From Gemmatimonadota bacterium (GTDB lineage Bacteria > Gemmatimonadota > Gemmatimonadetes > JACCXV01 > JAHWKZ01): a stretch of DNA of 38,951 bases. Of the stretch, positions 1 to 9,540 are shown in pieces. The position numbers and the translations under genes are program-made. The DNA lies in contig JAHWKZ010000003.1 of the NCBI GenBank assembly GCA_019347645.1, positions 1-38,951 of the forward strand, in the 5' to 3' direction. Every line of letters starts with the position of its first letter. The stretch's first letter is position 1. The notes under the pieces are model-generated. The model was not told the origin of the DNA, made no database searches, and saw only the letters and a list, made by a program, of their open reading frames with translations.

Positions 1-206
1 GCGGCCTCGGGCGATGTCTCGGCGAAGCGCGGCCGGACCGGCTCCCCGCGGCAGACCACCTCGTCGCTCCGGGAATCCACGGTGGCGGCCGGCTCGGTCA
101 CCACCCGACCGTTCACCCGCACCAGTCCGGCCGCGATCAGGTCCTCCGCCTTGCGGCGCGAGGCGATCCCGGCCTGGGCGAGGTAGCGCGACAGGCGCAC
201 CTCCAT
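1..206 (-). CDS. rluB: rRNA pseudouridine synthase (RluB/RsuA family), N-terminal S4 domain; runs off window edge
   Basis: Hand translation from ATG 206: MEVRLSRYLAQAGIASRRKAEDLIAAGLVRVNGRVVTEP, the typical S4 start; follows scpAB. Confidence 0.85.
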   Translation of the reverse strand, partial: MEVRLSRYLAQAGIASRRKAEDLIAAGLVRVNGRVVTEPAATVDSRSDEVVCRGEPVRPRFAETSPEA

Positions 207-213
207 CGGCCCC

Positions 214-834
214 TCACGCCCCGGGCTCGCCTCCGGCCTCCTCGTCCTCCAGCTCGAGCTCCGTCTGCCGCTCGCGATCGGCGAACAGCACTTCGAGCTC
301 GTCGGGCCTGGGCAGCGCGTCGAGGCCCGGCAGCCCGAAGTACTCGAGGAAATGATCGGTGGTGCCGTAGAGCAGCGGCCTCCCGATCCCCTCGGCCCGG
401 CCCGCGATCCGCACCAGCTCGCGCTCCACCAGCGTGCGCAGCACCCCGTCCACGCCGACGCCGCGGATCGACTCGAGCTCCGCCCGCGTGACCGGTTGCT
501 TGTAGGCCACGATCGCCAGCGTCTCCAGCGCGGCCTGCGACAGCCGCGGCGGCGATCCCGGTCCATGCAGGCTGGCGACCCATTCGGCCAGGTCGGGCCG
601 GGTCACGATCTGGTAACCTCCGGCGATCTCGCGGATCCGGAACGCCCGCCCCTCGCGCAGGTAGTCGGCGTCGAGATCGGCGATCAGGTCGACCACGAGC
701 GAGGGTGTGGCGTCGTCGAGGATCCCGGCGATCCGCCGCGCGGAGAGCGGCTCCTCCGCGGCGAACAGCAGCGCCTCGACGATCGTCTTCCTCCGGCCCG
801 CGTCCTGGTCGAAGAGCTCGTCCCGCTCGCCCAT
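214..834 (-). CDS. scpB: SMC-Scp complex subunit ScpB
   Basis: IVEALLFAAEEPLS, LSQAALETLAIVAYKQPVTRAELESIRGV, GRPLLYGTTDHFLEYFGL. Confidence 0.97.
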   Translation of the reverse strand: MGERDELFDQDAGRRKTIVEALLFAAEEPLSARRIAGILDDATPSLVVDLIADLDADYLREGRAFRIREIAGGYQIVTRPDLAEWVASLHGPGSPPRLSQAALETLAIVAYKQPVTRAELESIRGVGVDGVLRTLVERELVRIAGRAEGIGRPLLYGTTDHFLEYFGLPGLDALPRPDELEVLFADRERQTELELEDEEAGGEPGA

Positions 835-1580
835 CAGGCAACCTCCCGGGGGTAGACGTGGATCTGTCCGAACGTCTCTCCCTGCCGGAGCCGAATCTCC
901 CCTTCCCGAGCCATCTCCAGCAGCGCGACGAACGTCACGATCCAGTGGGTGCGCGGCTCGCCGGGGACGAAGAGCTCCTCGAACGTGGCCCGACCCTGGC
1001 GAGCGAGGAGCTCGCGGACGAACGCCGCCTTCTCCTCGATGGTGACCGGGATGGGCTCGAGCCGGTGGAGCCGCTCGCGAGCCTGGTCGCGCATGAGCTC
1101 GGCGAACGCCCGGAGGAGGTCCGAGAGCGACGCCCGCCGCTCCGGATCCGGCTCGGCCGGTCCGTCCTCGCCTCCCTCCATCGCCTCCCGGTACCCCTTC
1201 GAGAAGACCAGCCGGCGGTCCGACTCGTGCTCGCGGAGATGGTCGGCGATCTCGCGGAACTGCTGGTACTCGATGATCTTCAGGACCAGCTCCCGACGCG
1301 GGTCCTCGAGCTCCTCCTCGTCGATCTCGGGCCGCGGCAGCAGCATGCTCGACTTGATCCGCAACAGCGTCGCCGCCATCAGCAGGAACTCGCCGGCGCT
1401 CTCCAGACGCTCGGGCGTCATCGCCTGCACGTAGGCCATGAACTGCTCGGCGATCAGCGCGATCGGAATGTCCCAGATGTCGACCTCGTTCTTCTGGACG
1501 AGGTAGACCAGCAGCTCCAGCGGGCCCTCGAAATCGAGGGACTCGAGCCTTACGCTGTGTCCGGTCGATTCGCCTGCCAT
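834..1580 (-). CDS. scpA: Segregation/condensation protein ScpA
   Basis: FEGPLELLVYLVQKNEVDIWDIPI, FLLMAATLLRIKSSMLLP, TFVALLEM; adjacent to scpB. Confidence 0.97.
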   Translation of the reverse strand: MAGESTGHSVRLESLDFEGPLELLVYLVQKNEVDIWDIPIALIAEQFMAYVQAMTPERLESAGEFLLMAATLLRIKSSMLLPRPEIDEEELEDPRRELVLKIIEYQQFREIADHLREHESDRRLVFSKGYREAMEGGEDGPAEPDPERRASLSDLLRAFAELMRDQARERLHRLEPIPVTIEEKAAFVRELLARQGRATFEELFVPGEPRTHWIVTFVALLEMAREGEIRLRQGETFGQIHVYPREVA

Positions 1581-2617
1581 AGCCCGATCCTCTCGCGGAC
1601 CTCGTTCATCGTCTCGCGCGCCAGCTCGCTCGCGGCGTCGCGTCCCGCGGCCAGGATCTCGCGGATCCGGCCGGGTCGGGCACGAAGCTCGTCGGCGCGC
1701 TCACGCATCGGAGCGAGGTACTCGATCATGTTCTCGGCCAGCAGCATCTTGTCCTCGAAGCACCCGATCTCGGCCGCCCGGCACTCCCGATCCACCCGCG
1801 CGATCGTCCCCTCGTCGCTGAAGAGGTGGTGGAGCGAGAACACGTTGCACACCCACGGTCGACCGGGGTCCTCCCGGCGCTTCCGCTGCGGGTCGGTGAA
1901 GGCCGTCTTCATCCTCTCGCGAATCGTCTCGGGAGGGTCGAGCAGCCCGACGTGGTTGCCCTTCGACTTCGACATCTTGCTCCGCCCGTCCAGCCCGATG
2001 ACCCGCCGCGACCGGGTGAGCAGCGGTCGGGGCTCGGGGAACGTCTCGCCGAAGGCGTTGTTGAACCGCCGGGCCAGGACCCGCGAAAGCTCGAGGTGCT
2101 GGACCTGGTCCTCGCCGACCGGCACGCGGTCGGCCTTCAGGATCAGGATGTCGGCGGCCTGGAGGACGGGGTACATCAACAGCCCCGCGTTCACGCTCTC
2201 GCTCTCCTCCCCCGCCTTGTCCTTGAACTGCGTCATCCGCTGGAGGTTCCCGAGCGGCGCGATGGTGGTCAGGATCCACGCCAGCTCGGGGATCTCGGGG
2301 ATCTCCGATTGCACGAACAGACGGCACCGGTCGGGATCGAGACCCGCCGCCAGTAGCGAGATCGCCAGCTCCTCGACCGCGCTCGGGAGCTCGCCGGGCT
2401 CGTAGGGCACGGTAACGGCGTGGAGGTCGACGATCGAATAGAAGCACTCGTACTCGTCCTGCAGTCGGGCCCAGTTCTGGATCGCCCCGAAGTAGTTGCC
2501 GATGTGGATCGCGCCGGTCGGCTGGATCCCGCTCATGACGCGGCTGCCGCGCGGTCCCTCGTCCGTCGTCGCCTCACGGGGCGCCTCGGCGGTCTCCACG
2601 GGCGGCTGGCCGCTCAC
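1550..2617 (-). CDS. trpS: Tryptophan--tRNA ligase
   Basis: SGIQPTG, HIGN and KMSKS motifs, VPVGEDQ; GTG start at 2617 overlaps upstream stop (GTGA). Confidence 0.97.
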   Translation of the reverse strand: MSGQPPVETAEAPREATTDEGPRGSRVMSGIQPTGAIHIGNYFGAIQNWARLQDEYECFYSIVDLHAVTVPYEPGELPSAVEELAISLLAAGLDPDRCRLFVQSEIPEIPELAWILTTIAPLGNLQRMTQFKDKAGEESESVNAGLLMYPVLQAADILILKADRVPVGEDQVQHLELSRVLARRFNNAFGETFPEPRPLLTRSRRVIGLDGRSKMSKSKGNHVGLLDPPETIRERMKTAFTDPQRKRREDPGRPWVCNVFSLHHLFSDEGTIARVDRECRAAEIGCFEDKMLLAENMIEYLAPMRERADELRARPGRIREILAAGRDAASELARETMNEVRERIGLWQANRPDTA

Positions 2618-3258
2618 GTCAGCGCCGTCACCATCCCGAGGAGCGCGCCGGTCGCCACCTGAGCGGGCAGGAACACCCATCCCAGCGCCCCCGGCAGCAG
2701 GAAGAGCAGGCCGAGGACGATGAACAACCCGATCTGCCCCATCGACCGGTACGCGTACGCCGCCCGAGGGGGGAGCAGGTTCGCGACCACGTGCGATCCG
2801 TCGAGGGGGGGGATCGGGATCAAGTTGAAGACCGCCAGGATGAAGTTGAGGAAGATGCCGTAGGAGCCGACCATCCACACGATCCGCGGAATGTTCCCGC
2901 CGGTGAGCCAGCCCACGGCGACGAGGACGCCGGCCAGGCCCCCGGCCAGCGCCACGTTCGACGCCGGTCCGGCCAGGGACACCGTGATGTCGCCCCACTT
3001 CCGGTCGCGGTAGTTCTGCGGTGTCACGGGCACCGGCTTCGCCCATCCGAACAGGACGCCGGAGCCCGTCAGCAGCAGCAGCCCCGGGACCAGGATCGAC
3101 CCGAACAGGTCGATGTGGGGCAGCGGACTCAAGGTGATCCGGCCGAGCATCCGCGCGGTCGGGTCGCCCCACCACTCCGCCGCCACGCCGTGCGCGACCT
3201 CGTGCACGACGACCGACAGCAAAAGGAGCGGGAGGAGAAACAGAAGAGACTCGATCAT
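2614..3258 (-). CDS. Site-2 protease family (M50) membrane metalloprotease
   Basis: HEVAH, AGPASN, FNLIPIPPLDG motifs; multiple hydrophobic segments. Confidence 0.95.
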   Translation of the reverse strand: MIESLLFLLPLLLLSVVVHEVAHGVAAEWWGDPTARMLGRITLSPLPHIDLFGSILVPGLLLLTGSGVLFGWAKPVPVTPQNYRDRKWGDITVSLAGPASNVALAGGLAGVLVAVGWLTGGNIPRIVWMVGSYGIFLNFILAVFNLIPIPPLDGSHVVANLLPPRAAYAYRSMGQIGLFIVLGLLFLLPGALGWVFLPAQVATGALLGMVTALT

Positions 3259-3304
3259 GGCTTTCTGGAGTGTGGGGGTCGGGCTCGACGGCGAGCGACG
3301 CGAG

Positions 3305-3334
3305 AAGGTATCCCCCCGGCGCTGGCGGTGTCAA
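3305..3334 (-). promoter_or_regulatory. Candidate sigma-70 promoter for the S2P-trpS-scpAB-rluB operon
   Basis: TTGACA-18 nt-TACCTT on minus strand. Confidence 0.6.
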
Positions 3335-3359
3335 AACACTGTAGGAAGCGGTCCACTCG

Positions 3360-3388
3360 TTGTCGCGACGAGGCGCCGGCGGTATTTT
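3360..3388 (+). promoter_or_regulatory. Candidate sigma-70 promoter for rpsT
   Basis: TTGTCG-17 nt-TATTTT. Confidence 0.5.
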
Positions 3389-3436
3389 CAAGCTCGCTTT
3401 CGACGATCCAACCGAATCCCGAGCGAGGAAGATTCC

Positions 3437-3694
3437 GTGCCGAACATCAAGAGTGCCGAAAAGCGAGCCCGCACCAACCTCGAGCGTCGCGAGCGGAACC
3501 GTCGCGATCGCTCCCGGCTTCGCTCCGCCATCAAGAACGTCCGCCAGGCCGACTCGGCCGAGACCGCGCGGGGCGCGATGCGAAGAGCGGAGAGCCTGCT
3601 CGACCGGCTGGCGGGCAAGGGCGTGATCCACGACAATACCGCCGCCCGTCACAAGAGCCGGCTCCGGGCGCACCTCCAGAAGCTCGAGTCGTAG
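3437..3694 (+). CDS. rpsT: 30S ribosomal protein S20
   Basis: GTG start after GAGGA; PNIKSAEKRAR...KGVIHDNTAARHKSRL. Confidence 0.97.
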   Translation: MPNIKSAEKRARTNLERRERNRRDRSRLRSAIKNVRQADSAETARGAMRRAESLLDRLAGKGVIHDNTAARHKSRLRAHLQKLES

Positions 3695-3713
3695 GAGCCC
3701 GTCGCCGGCGCGA

Positions 3714-4589
3714 TCAGGCCGGCAGGCGCGACAGGGCCCGCGGCCACGCCGCCACCCCACACACGTCGAACCCGGTGTGGGCGCACAGCACAGGACCGAG
3801 GGGGGCCCGTCGCCAGACGGTCGCCTCCCCTCCTCTTCGCGACGCCACCCGTCGTTCGAGCATCCGCGCCGCGTCCTCACCGCGCGACCCGGCGTGGACG
3901 CAGACCGCCACCAGCGAATCGGTACCGAACCGCTCCGACAGCATCTCCGCTATCCGCTCCACCCGCGTCGTGTCCCCCGCCACCCGCTCGACGAGGGCGA
4001 GACCGCCGTCGCGCATCGTGAGGATGGGACGATCCTCGTGGCTGCCGGTCGGGCCGGCGCCCGGCGCCCGCCCCAACCTGCCGCCCAGGTACAGGAAGTC
4101 GAGCGTATAGACGGAGAAGTAGACTGCGGCCGCCTCGGGGATCCGCGCGAGGTCGCCGACGACCGCGTCGACCGCCGACCCTTCCCCGAGCCTCGCTTCG
4201 GCCTCGAGGCACAGCAATCCGACCGGGGCTCCCGCGAGCCGACTGTCGACCACCCGGATCCGCTCGGTCGCGCCCAGCGAAGCGGCCGCCTCTCGCGCAT
4301 GATCCACGGTCCGGCTCAACTCCCCCGATATGTGGATCGAGAGCACCTCGTCGTGGGATGCGAGCAACCGCCGGTACGTCTCGAGGAACGCCTCGGGAGC
4401 GGGCGGCAGGGTGGCGGGAACCGAGTTGATCCGTTGGAGGAGGTGGTGGAAGTCTCCGGCGGAGAGCTCGGGCCCCTCGCGATAGCGCTCTCCATCGATC
4501 TCGACCTCGAGCGGCACCACCGCCCACTCGGACCGCGGCGCCAGCGAGCGAATCTCCGCCGTGGAATCCGTGACCAGGGCGACGCTCAC
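3714..4589 (-). CDS. DegV/FakB family fatty-acid-binding protein
   Basis: VALVTDSTA, SIHISGELS, VVDSR, LDFLYLGGR, LGPVLCAHTG; GTG 4589 overlaps upstream stop. Confidence 0.92.
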   Translation of the reverse strand: MSVALVTDSTAEIRSLAPRSEWAVVPLEVEIDGERYREGPELSAGDFHHLLQRINSVPATLPPAPEAFLETYRRLLASHDEVLSIHISGELSRTVDHAREAAASLGATERIRVVDSRLAGAPVGLLCLEAEARLGEGSAVDAVVGDLARIPEAAAVYFSVYTLDFLYLGGRLGRAPGAGPTGSHEDRPILTMRDGGLALVERVAGDTTRVERIAEMLSERFGTDSLVAVCVHAGSRGEDAARMLERRVASRRGGEATVWRRAPLGPVLCAHTGFDVCGVAAWPRALSRLPA

Positions 4590-5389
4590 GCTCCGGTGCC
4601 CTCGAGGGCCTCCGATACGATCGCCGAGATCCGCTCCCGGAGCGCCCGGTCCTCCGGGCCGTGGACCTCTCCCGCGGGACCCCGTGCGGGCCGCTCGCCG
4701 AGCGGCTCGGGGTCGGTGATCGTGCAGCCGGGATTGCCCGGGGACACCCCGTAGGCGTCGAGCCCCATCAGCCGGTCGACCTCGTTGCGGGAGAGCCGCC
4801 GGACGCGCCCCAGGAGTCGCGCGATCAGGAGCGACCGCGCCGCCTGCTCGAGCGACTCCATCACGTCGATCGCCCGGGCCAGCGTGGCCGCGTACGTCAC
4901 CGCCCCGTGGTTGGCCAGCAGCAGCGCGTCGTGGGTCGGGACGTACGGGCCGATCCGCTCGGGGAGCTCCTCGGTCGACGGCGTCCCGTAGGGCACCAGC
5001 GGCACCCAGCCGAGGGTGGCGATCACCTCGGGCACGACGCACTCGTCGAGCGCCTCGCCCGCGATCGCGAAGCCGGTGGCCGTCGGAGGATGGGCGTGGA
5101 CCACGCCGTGGACGTCCCGCCTCAGGGCGTAGATCCGCACGTGCATCCTGAGCTCGCTGGAGGGGCGCCCCTCTCCGAGCGGCCGGCCGTCTAGATCGGT
5201 GACCACCAGATCCTCGGGCTCGAGGAACCCCTTGCACGCCCCGGAGGGCGTGGTGACGATCCGTCCGCTCTCTACGCGCGCGCTCACGTTCCCCTCACTT
5301 CCGGCCACCAGCCCGCGCTGCCAGAGCCGGCGGCCGACCGCGACGATCTCGCGCTTCGCACGATCGATGGACGGCCCCGTCGACGTCAT
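4586..5389 (-). CDS. Class II aldolase/adducin family protein
   Basis: GNVS, TPSG, PSSELRMH, VVHAHPP, LLANHG Zn-binding motifs; alternative TTG start 5398. Confidence 0.93.
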   Translation of the reverse strand: MTSTGPSIDRAKREIVAVGRRLWQRGLVAGSEGNVSARVESGRIVTTPSGACKGFLEPEDLVVTDLDGRPLGEGRPSSELRMHVRIYALRRDVHGVVHAHPPTATGFAIAGEALDECVVPEVIATLGWVPLVPYGTPSTEELPERIGPYVPTHDALLLANHGAVTYAATLARAIDVMESLEQAARSLLIARLLGRVRRLSRNEVDRLMGLDAYGVSPGNPGCTITDPEPLGERPARGPAGEVHGPEDRALRERISAIVSEALEGTGA

Positions 5390-5411
5390 GGCCGTCAATA
5401 TGGGAAAGGCC

Positions 5412-6863
5412 TCACCCTTTGACGACCCCGAGCGGAACGAGCCGGGCGACGCGACGACTGATCCCCGCCTCCTCCATCACGGCCACGACGTCGGCGACGT
5501 CCTTGTAGGCGTGGGACATCTCCTCGGCCACGGTTCGCATGCCCGTGGCACGGACGATCACGCCCTGCTCCTCCATCTCCTTCAGGAGGTCGCGTCCTCT
5601 GGACTCCTTCTTCGCCCGGGTGCGGCTCATCCGCCGCCCGGCGCCGTGACAGGTGGATCCGAACGTCTCCTTCATCGCCGCGGACTGCCCGGCGCAGACG
5701 TAGGAGTAGTTTCCCATGCTGCCGGGGACGAGGACCGGCTGTCCGGTCTCTCGATACGCGGCGGGGACCTCTTCATGGCCCGGCGGGAATGCGCGGGTGG
5801 CCCCCTTGCGATGGACGCAAACGCGCCTGCGCTCGCCGTCGATCTCGTGGTCCTCCACCTTCGCGATGTTGTGGCAGACGTCGTAGACGAGGTCCATGCG
5901 GAGATCGGCGGGGCCCGAGCCCAGGACCTTCTGGAACGTCTCCCGGGTTTTGTGGAGCATCACCTGGCGGTTGCACCACGCGTAGTTCGCCGCGCACCGC
6001 ATCGCGCCCAGATAGGCCTCGCCCTCCTCGGAGTCGAGCGGCGCGGCCGCCAGCTGCACGTCCGGCAGGTCGTAGCCGTAGACCGGGAGCTTCGACTTGA
6101 TGCGCTTGATGAAGTCGTCGCAGATCTGGTAGCCGAAGCCGCGCGATCCGGAGTGGATCATCACGACGACCTGGCCCTCGAACAGCCCGAACGCGCTCCC
6201 CAGCGACTCGTCGTAGATCTTCGAGACCTTCTGCACCTCGAGGAAGTGGTTGCCGCTCCCGAGGGTCCCCACCTGGGTGAGGCCGCGCTCCTTGGCACGA
6301 TCGGAGACGGCGTCGGGGTCGGCTCCCTCCATGCGTCCGCCCTCCTCGGTATGATCGAGGTCGGCCGGGGAACCGAAGCCCTCCTCGATCGCCCATCGCG
6401 CGCCTTGCCTCAGGAGCTTCCGCTCGTCGGCCGTCGAGAGCCTCTCGATCGCCCCCTCGCTGCCGACGCCGCTGGGGACGGCGTCGAAGAGCGCATCCAT
6501 GAGCGTTCGCAACCGCGGGGTCCCCAGCGAGTCGGCCTCCACCTCGCTGCGGGCGAGACGGACCCCGCAGTTGATGTCGTAGCCGACGCCGCCGGGGGAG
6601 ATCGCACCCGAGTCCGCCTCGGTGGCGGCGACGCCGCCGATGGGGAAGCCGTACCCCCAGTGGATGTCGGGCATCGCCAGCGAGGCGCCGAGGATCCCGG
6701 GCAGGCAGGCGACGTTCTTGACCTGCACGAGGCTCTCGTCCGCCCGGATGTCGTCGATCATCTCGTCGGAGGCGTACACCCGCCCGGGGACCCGCATCGG
6801 CCCCTCCTTCGGGATCTCCCAGACGTATGGAGCGATCTTCTCGATTCTGACGTCGGCTCCCAT
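5412..6863 (-). CDS. rtcB: RtcB RNA ligase (long, archaeal/eukaryal-like type)
   Basis: MPDIHWGYGFPIGG, GYDINCG, GSGNHF, HSGSRG, HNIAK, HRKGAT, HGAGR, YKD. Confidence 0.97.
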   Translation of the reverse strand: MGADVRIEKIAPYVWEIPKEGPMRVPGRVYASDEMIDDIRADESLVQVKNVACLPGILGASLAMPDIHWGYGFPIGGVAATEADSGAISPGGVGYDINCGVRLARSEVEADSLGTPRLRTLMDALFDAVPSGVGSEGAIERLSTADERKLLRQGARWAIEEGFGSPADLDHTEEGGRMEGADPDAVSDRAKERGLTQVGTLGSGNHFLEVQKVSKIYDESLGSAFGLFEGQVVVMIHSGSRGFGYQICDDFIKRIKSKLPVYGYDLPDVQLAAAPLDSEEGEAYLGAMRCAANYAWCNRQVMLHKTRETFQKVLGSGPADLRMDLVYDVCHNIAKVEDHEIDGERRRVCVHRKGATRAFPPGHEEVPAAYRETGQPVLVPGSMGNYSYVCAGQSAAMKETFGSTCHGAGRRMSRTRAKKESRGRDLLKEMEEQGVIVRATGMRTVAEEMSHAYKDVADVVAVMEEAGISRRVARLVPLGVVKG

Positions 6864-6872
6864 CCTCCCCCC

Positions 6873-7298
6873 TCAGACGTCGAAGATGACGCGGGCGCGC
6901 CACTCCCCGTCGGCTTCCGCGAACCGCAGCTGGTGCCAGGTCACCGCCTTCAGCTCGCTCGCCCGAGCGACCCGCGCCCGGGGCGGCCGGGCGCCCCGGA
7001 CCACCGCCCGCAACGTCCCCGGCCCGGAGGCCTCCACGTCGGCCTCGACCGCGACGAACCCGTCCTCTTCGAGGAGCCGGTAGATCGACTCGCACCACGC
7101 CTTCAGGAGCTCGGGATATCCCTCCTCCCGGAGCTCGACGCTCCGCTCCTCGCGCGGCTCCACGTCCGGGTCCTCGCCGAAGAGGACCCGGACGAGGCCC
7201 CGCAGGGCGGCTTCCAGGACGGCGGCCGGTGAAGAGCCCTCGAGTTCGAGCCCGAGGTCGGCGGTGTGTTCGATCTCGGCGAAGCGGCCGCGCTCCAC
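6873..7298 (-). CDS. Archease (RtcB cofactor)
   Basis: EHTAD near N-terminus, KAVTWH, C-terminal IFDV; directly upstream of rtcB. Confidence 0.93.
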   Translation of the reverse strand: MERGRFAEIEHTADLGLELEGSSPAAVLEAALRGLVRVLFGEDPDVEPREERSVELREEGYPELLKAWCESIYRLLEEDGFVAVEADVEASGPGTLRAVVRGARPPRARVARASELKAVTWHQLRFAEADGEWRARVIFDV

Positions 7299-7304
7299 GC
7301 CGGG

Positions 7305-7333
7305 AGAGTACGGGGCGTGTCACGCGGCCGCAA
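7305..7333 (-). promoter_or_regulatory. Candidate sigma-70 promoter giving a leaderless archease-rtcB transcript
   Basis: TTGCGG-17 nt-TACTCT, 6 nt before the GTG at 7298; no Shine-Dalgarno visible. Confidence 0.45.
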
Positions 7334-7382
7334 GAAAGGGTCGGTGAAGGTCGTAGGGGCGAATTGGCGCCCCGGCCGGGGT

Positions 7383-8438
7383 TCAGGCCACCGCGAAGCC
7401 CCGTTCCGCCTCGATCGGGAGGATCTCCCGGAGCTCTTCGATCCGGTTCAGGATCCGCTCCGCCTCCGAGGACGCGCCCAGCTCACGGTAGCACATCCGC
7501 GCGTGACGGTAGGTGTCGATGGCGCGAGGGGTGTCGTTCTGCGCGCAGTAGAGGCGCGCGATCGTCACCCACGTCTCCGCCTCGACGAGCGGGGCCTGTC
7601 GGTCGGAGCTGAGGTCGAGCGCCTGGCGAAGGAAGCGCGTCGCCCCGACGAAGTCGTTCAACTCGAGGCTCACCTCGCCCATCAGGCAGAGCGCGCTGGC
7701 GGCCGCCGGTTTGTAGTCGCGCTCCCGCGCGAGATCGAGCGCGGAGCGCGCCAGCGACAGCGCCAGGTGCGGCCGATCCCGGTCCAGCTCCAGCCGCGCC
7801 CGATTGATCGAGACGGTCGTCCCCAGGAACCGGTCCCCCTGGCGCTCGGCCTCCCGCAGGGCGTCCTGGAACGCGGACTCGGCTTCGATGAACCGCCGCT
7901 CGGCGGCGAGGACCAGGCCCAGGTTGTTCATGGTGCGGGCCGGCTCGAACAGCTGGGGGTCCAGGCCGACCTCCGCGAGCTTGCCGGCGACGTACTCCGC
8001 GGCCTCCCGCTCCCCCCGAGCGGCCAGCATGGCCCCTTCGTTGTTCTCGATCTGGGCCAGCAGACGCCGGTCGTCCGCCTCCCGGGCGTGTCGACGCGCC
8101 TCGCGGTACAGCTGGCGCGCGAAGAACCAGTCGCCGCGCTCGAACTCGACCGCGGCGAGGCCGTTGAACGCCTTGCCGATCAGGCTGTTGTCCCGGATCG
8201 CTTCGGCGGCCGCCAGGCTGGCCTCGTACGCCTCCTGCGCGCCGTCCCAGTCCGACATCGCCAGTCGGCAGATCCCCGCGCCCCGGAGCGCGTCGGCACG
8301 GACCGCTCCGGCCCGCGGGTCTCTCTCCGCCTGTCCGGCGATCTCCACGTAGGCCTTCAGCGCCTCTTCGAAACGGCCCTCCTGGCGCGCTGCGTCCGCG
8401 CGGGCCACGGAGAGCCGATCTGACCCGAGGCCCGCCAT
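7383..8438 (-). CDS. Stand-alone cytoplasmic TPR protein (module B); paralog of 11596-12642
   Basis: Helical repeats with FNGLA, ENNEGA, MNNLG, INRAR; start overlaps lipoprotein stop (TGATG). Confidence 0.85.
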   Translation of the reverse strand: MAGLGSDRLSVARADAARQEGRFEEALKAYVEIAGQAERDPRAGAVRADALRGAGICRLAMSDWDGAQEAYEASLAAAEAIRDNSLIGKAFNGLAAVEFERGDWFFARQLYREARRHAREADDRRLLAQIENNEGAMLAARGEREAAEYVAGKLAEVGLDPQLFEPARTMNNLGLVLAAERRFIEAESAFQDALREAERQGDRFLGTTVSINRARLELDRDRPHLALSLARSALDLARERDYKPAAASALCLMGEVSLELNDFVGATRFLRQALDLSSDRQAPLVEAETWVTIARLYCAQNDTPRAIDTYRHARMCYRELGASSEAERILNRIEELREILPIEAERGFAVA

Positions 8439-8965
8439 CAGTCGAGGCAGATGGCGTAGAGGGAGAAGTGCTCGATCGGGACGACGACCGCGCCCAGGCT
8501 TTCGTCGTACGCGCCGCCGATCACCGTCCAGTCGTTCCCCTCGTCGGAGGCCCCGGCGATCGCGAGGCGGGCCGGGTCCACGCCCAACGCCTCGGGATCC
8601 ACCTGGATCGTCAGCGTGGCGGCCGTGTCGAACGTCAGGCCGCTCGGGCCGAACTTGTACCTGAACTGGTCGGTCTCACGTCCCTTCATGGAGATGGAGA
8701 CCTCCTGGACAAGCGCCCCGCTGGGGACATCGAGGCGACCGCCGTCGACGGAGATCGAGCCCCCGTGCGGGCCGATCTTCTGGACCACCGTCTGGGAGGC
8801 GATCTTCAGCCCGCCGGGGACGACGAGCAGGTCGACGCCGTTGACGGTGACCGTCCGGGGTGCCGGCTGCGGGACCCCGGTCGGACCGGGATCGGACTCG
8901 CAGGCGGTGAAGACGAGCGCGAGGGCGAGCGCCGTGGCGCCGTGGATGATCGAACGTAGGGTCAT
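8438..8965 (-). CDS. ZU5-like lipoprotein 3, C-terminus HFSLYAICLD
   Basis: ATG 8965 after AGGAG; lipobox VFTA-C; IGPHGG..LDVPSGAL..FGPSGLTF..ATLTI..HFS pattern. Confidence 0.75.
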   Translation of the reverse strand: MTLRSIIHGATALALALVFTACESDPGPTGVPQPAPRTVTVNGVDLLVVPGGLKIASQTVVQKIGPHGGSISVDGGRLDVPSGALVQEVSISMKGRETDQFRYKFGPSGLTFDTAATLTIQVDPEALGVDPARLAIAGASDEGNDWTVIGGAYDESLGAVVVPIEHFSLYAICLD

Positions 8966-8987
8966 TTCGTTCTCCTGTTCTCCGGAT

Positions 8988-9539
8988 CTACCGGACGCAG
9001 AGGGCGTAGCGCGAGAAGTGCTGGATCTCGACGGACACCGAGTTGGCGGCCGCATCGTATGCGCCGCCGACCACCTGCCAGTCGTCCACGTCGTCGTGGG
9101 CGCCGGCGATCGCGAGCTGCGACGGGTCGATCCCGTCGAGATTCGCTTTGTCGGCCGAGATCGTGAGCACCGCCGCCGGGTCGAACTGCAACCCGTTGGG
9201 GCCGAACTTGAACGACACGTAGCCGTCGTTTTCGGCCTTCATGGTGATCGTCACGTCGTCCGGGATCGATCCCGGGACCACCTCCAGAGAGGCGTCCTTG
9301 TTGCTGATCGTGGCGCCGTCCTGCGCGTTCACCCGCTGCGCCGTCGCAGCATTGTTCGCGACGAACAGCCCGCGCTGGCTGGGGACCACGGTGACGAGTC
9401 GCACGCCGTTGACCTGTACGGTCGGAGAGGCGTCCGGTGGATTGGGAGTGACCGGCACATCGGTCGTCTCGCACGCGGCGAGACCGAGGATGGCCAGCCC
9501 GAGGACCGCCCGAGTGAAGGGCTTGAGGAAGTGGATCAT
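8988..9539 (-). CDS. ZU5-like lipoprotein 2, C-terminus HFSRYALCVR
   Basis: GGAGG RBS; lipobox LAA-C; FGPNGLQFDPAAVLTI..HFS. Confidence 0.8.
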   Translation of the reverse strand: MIHFLKPFTRAVLGLAILGLAACETTDVPVTPNPPDASPTVQVNGVRLVTVVPSQRGLFVANNAATAQRVNAQDGATISNKDASLEVVPGSIPDDVTITMKAENDGYVSFKFGPNGLQFDPAAVLTISADKANLDGIDPSQLAIAGAHDDVDDWQVVGGAYDAAANSVSVEIQHFSRYALCVR

Positions 9540-9540
9540 T

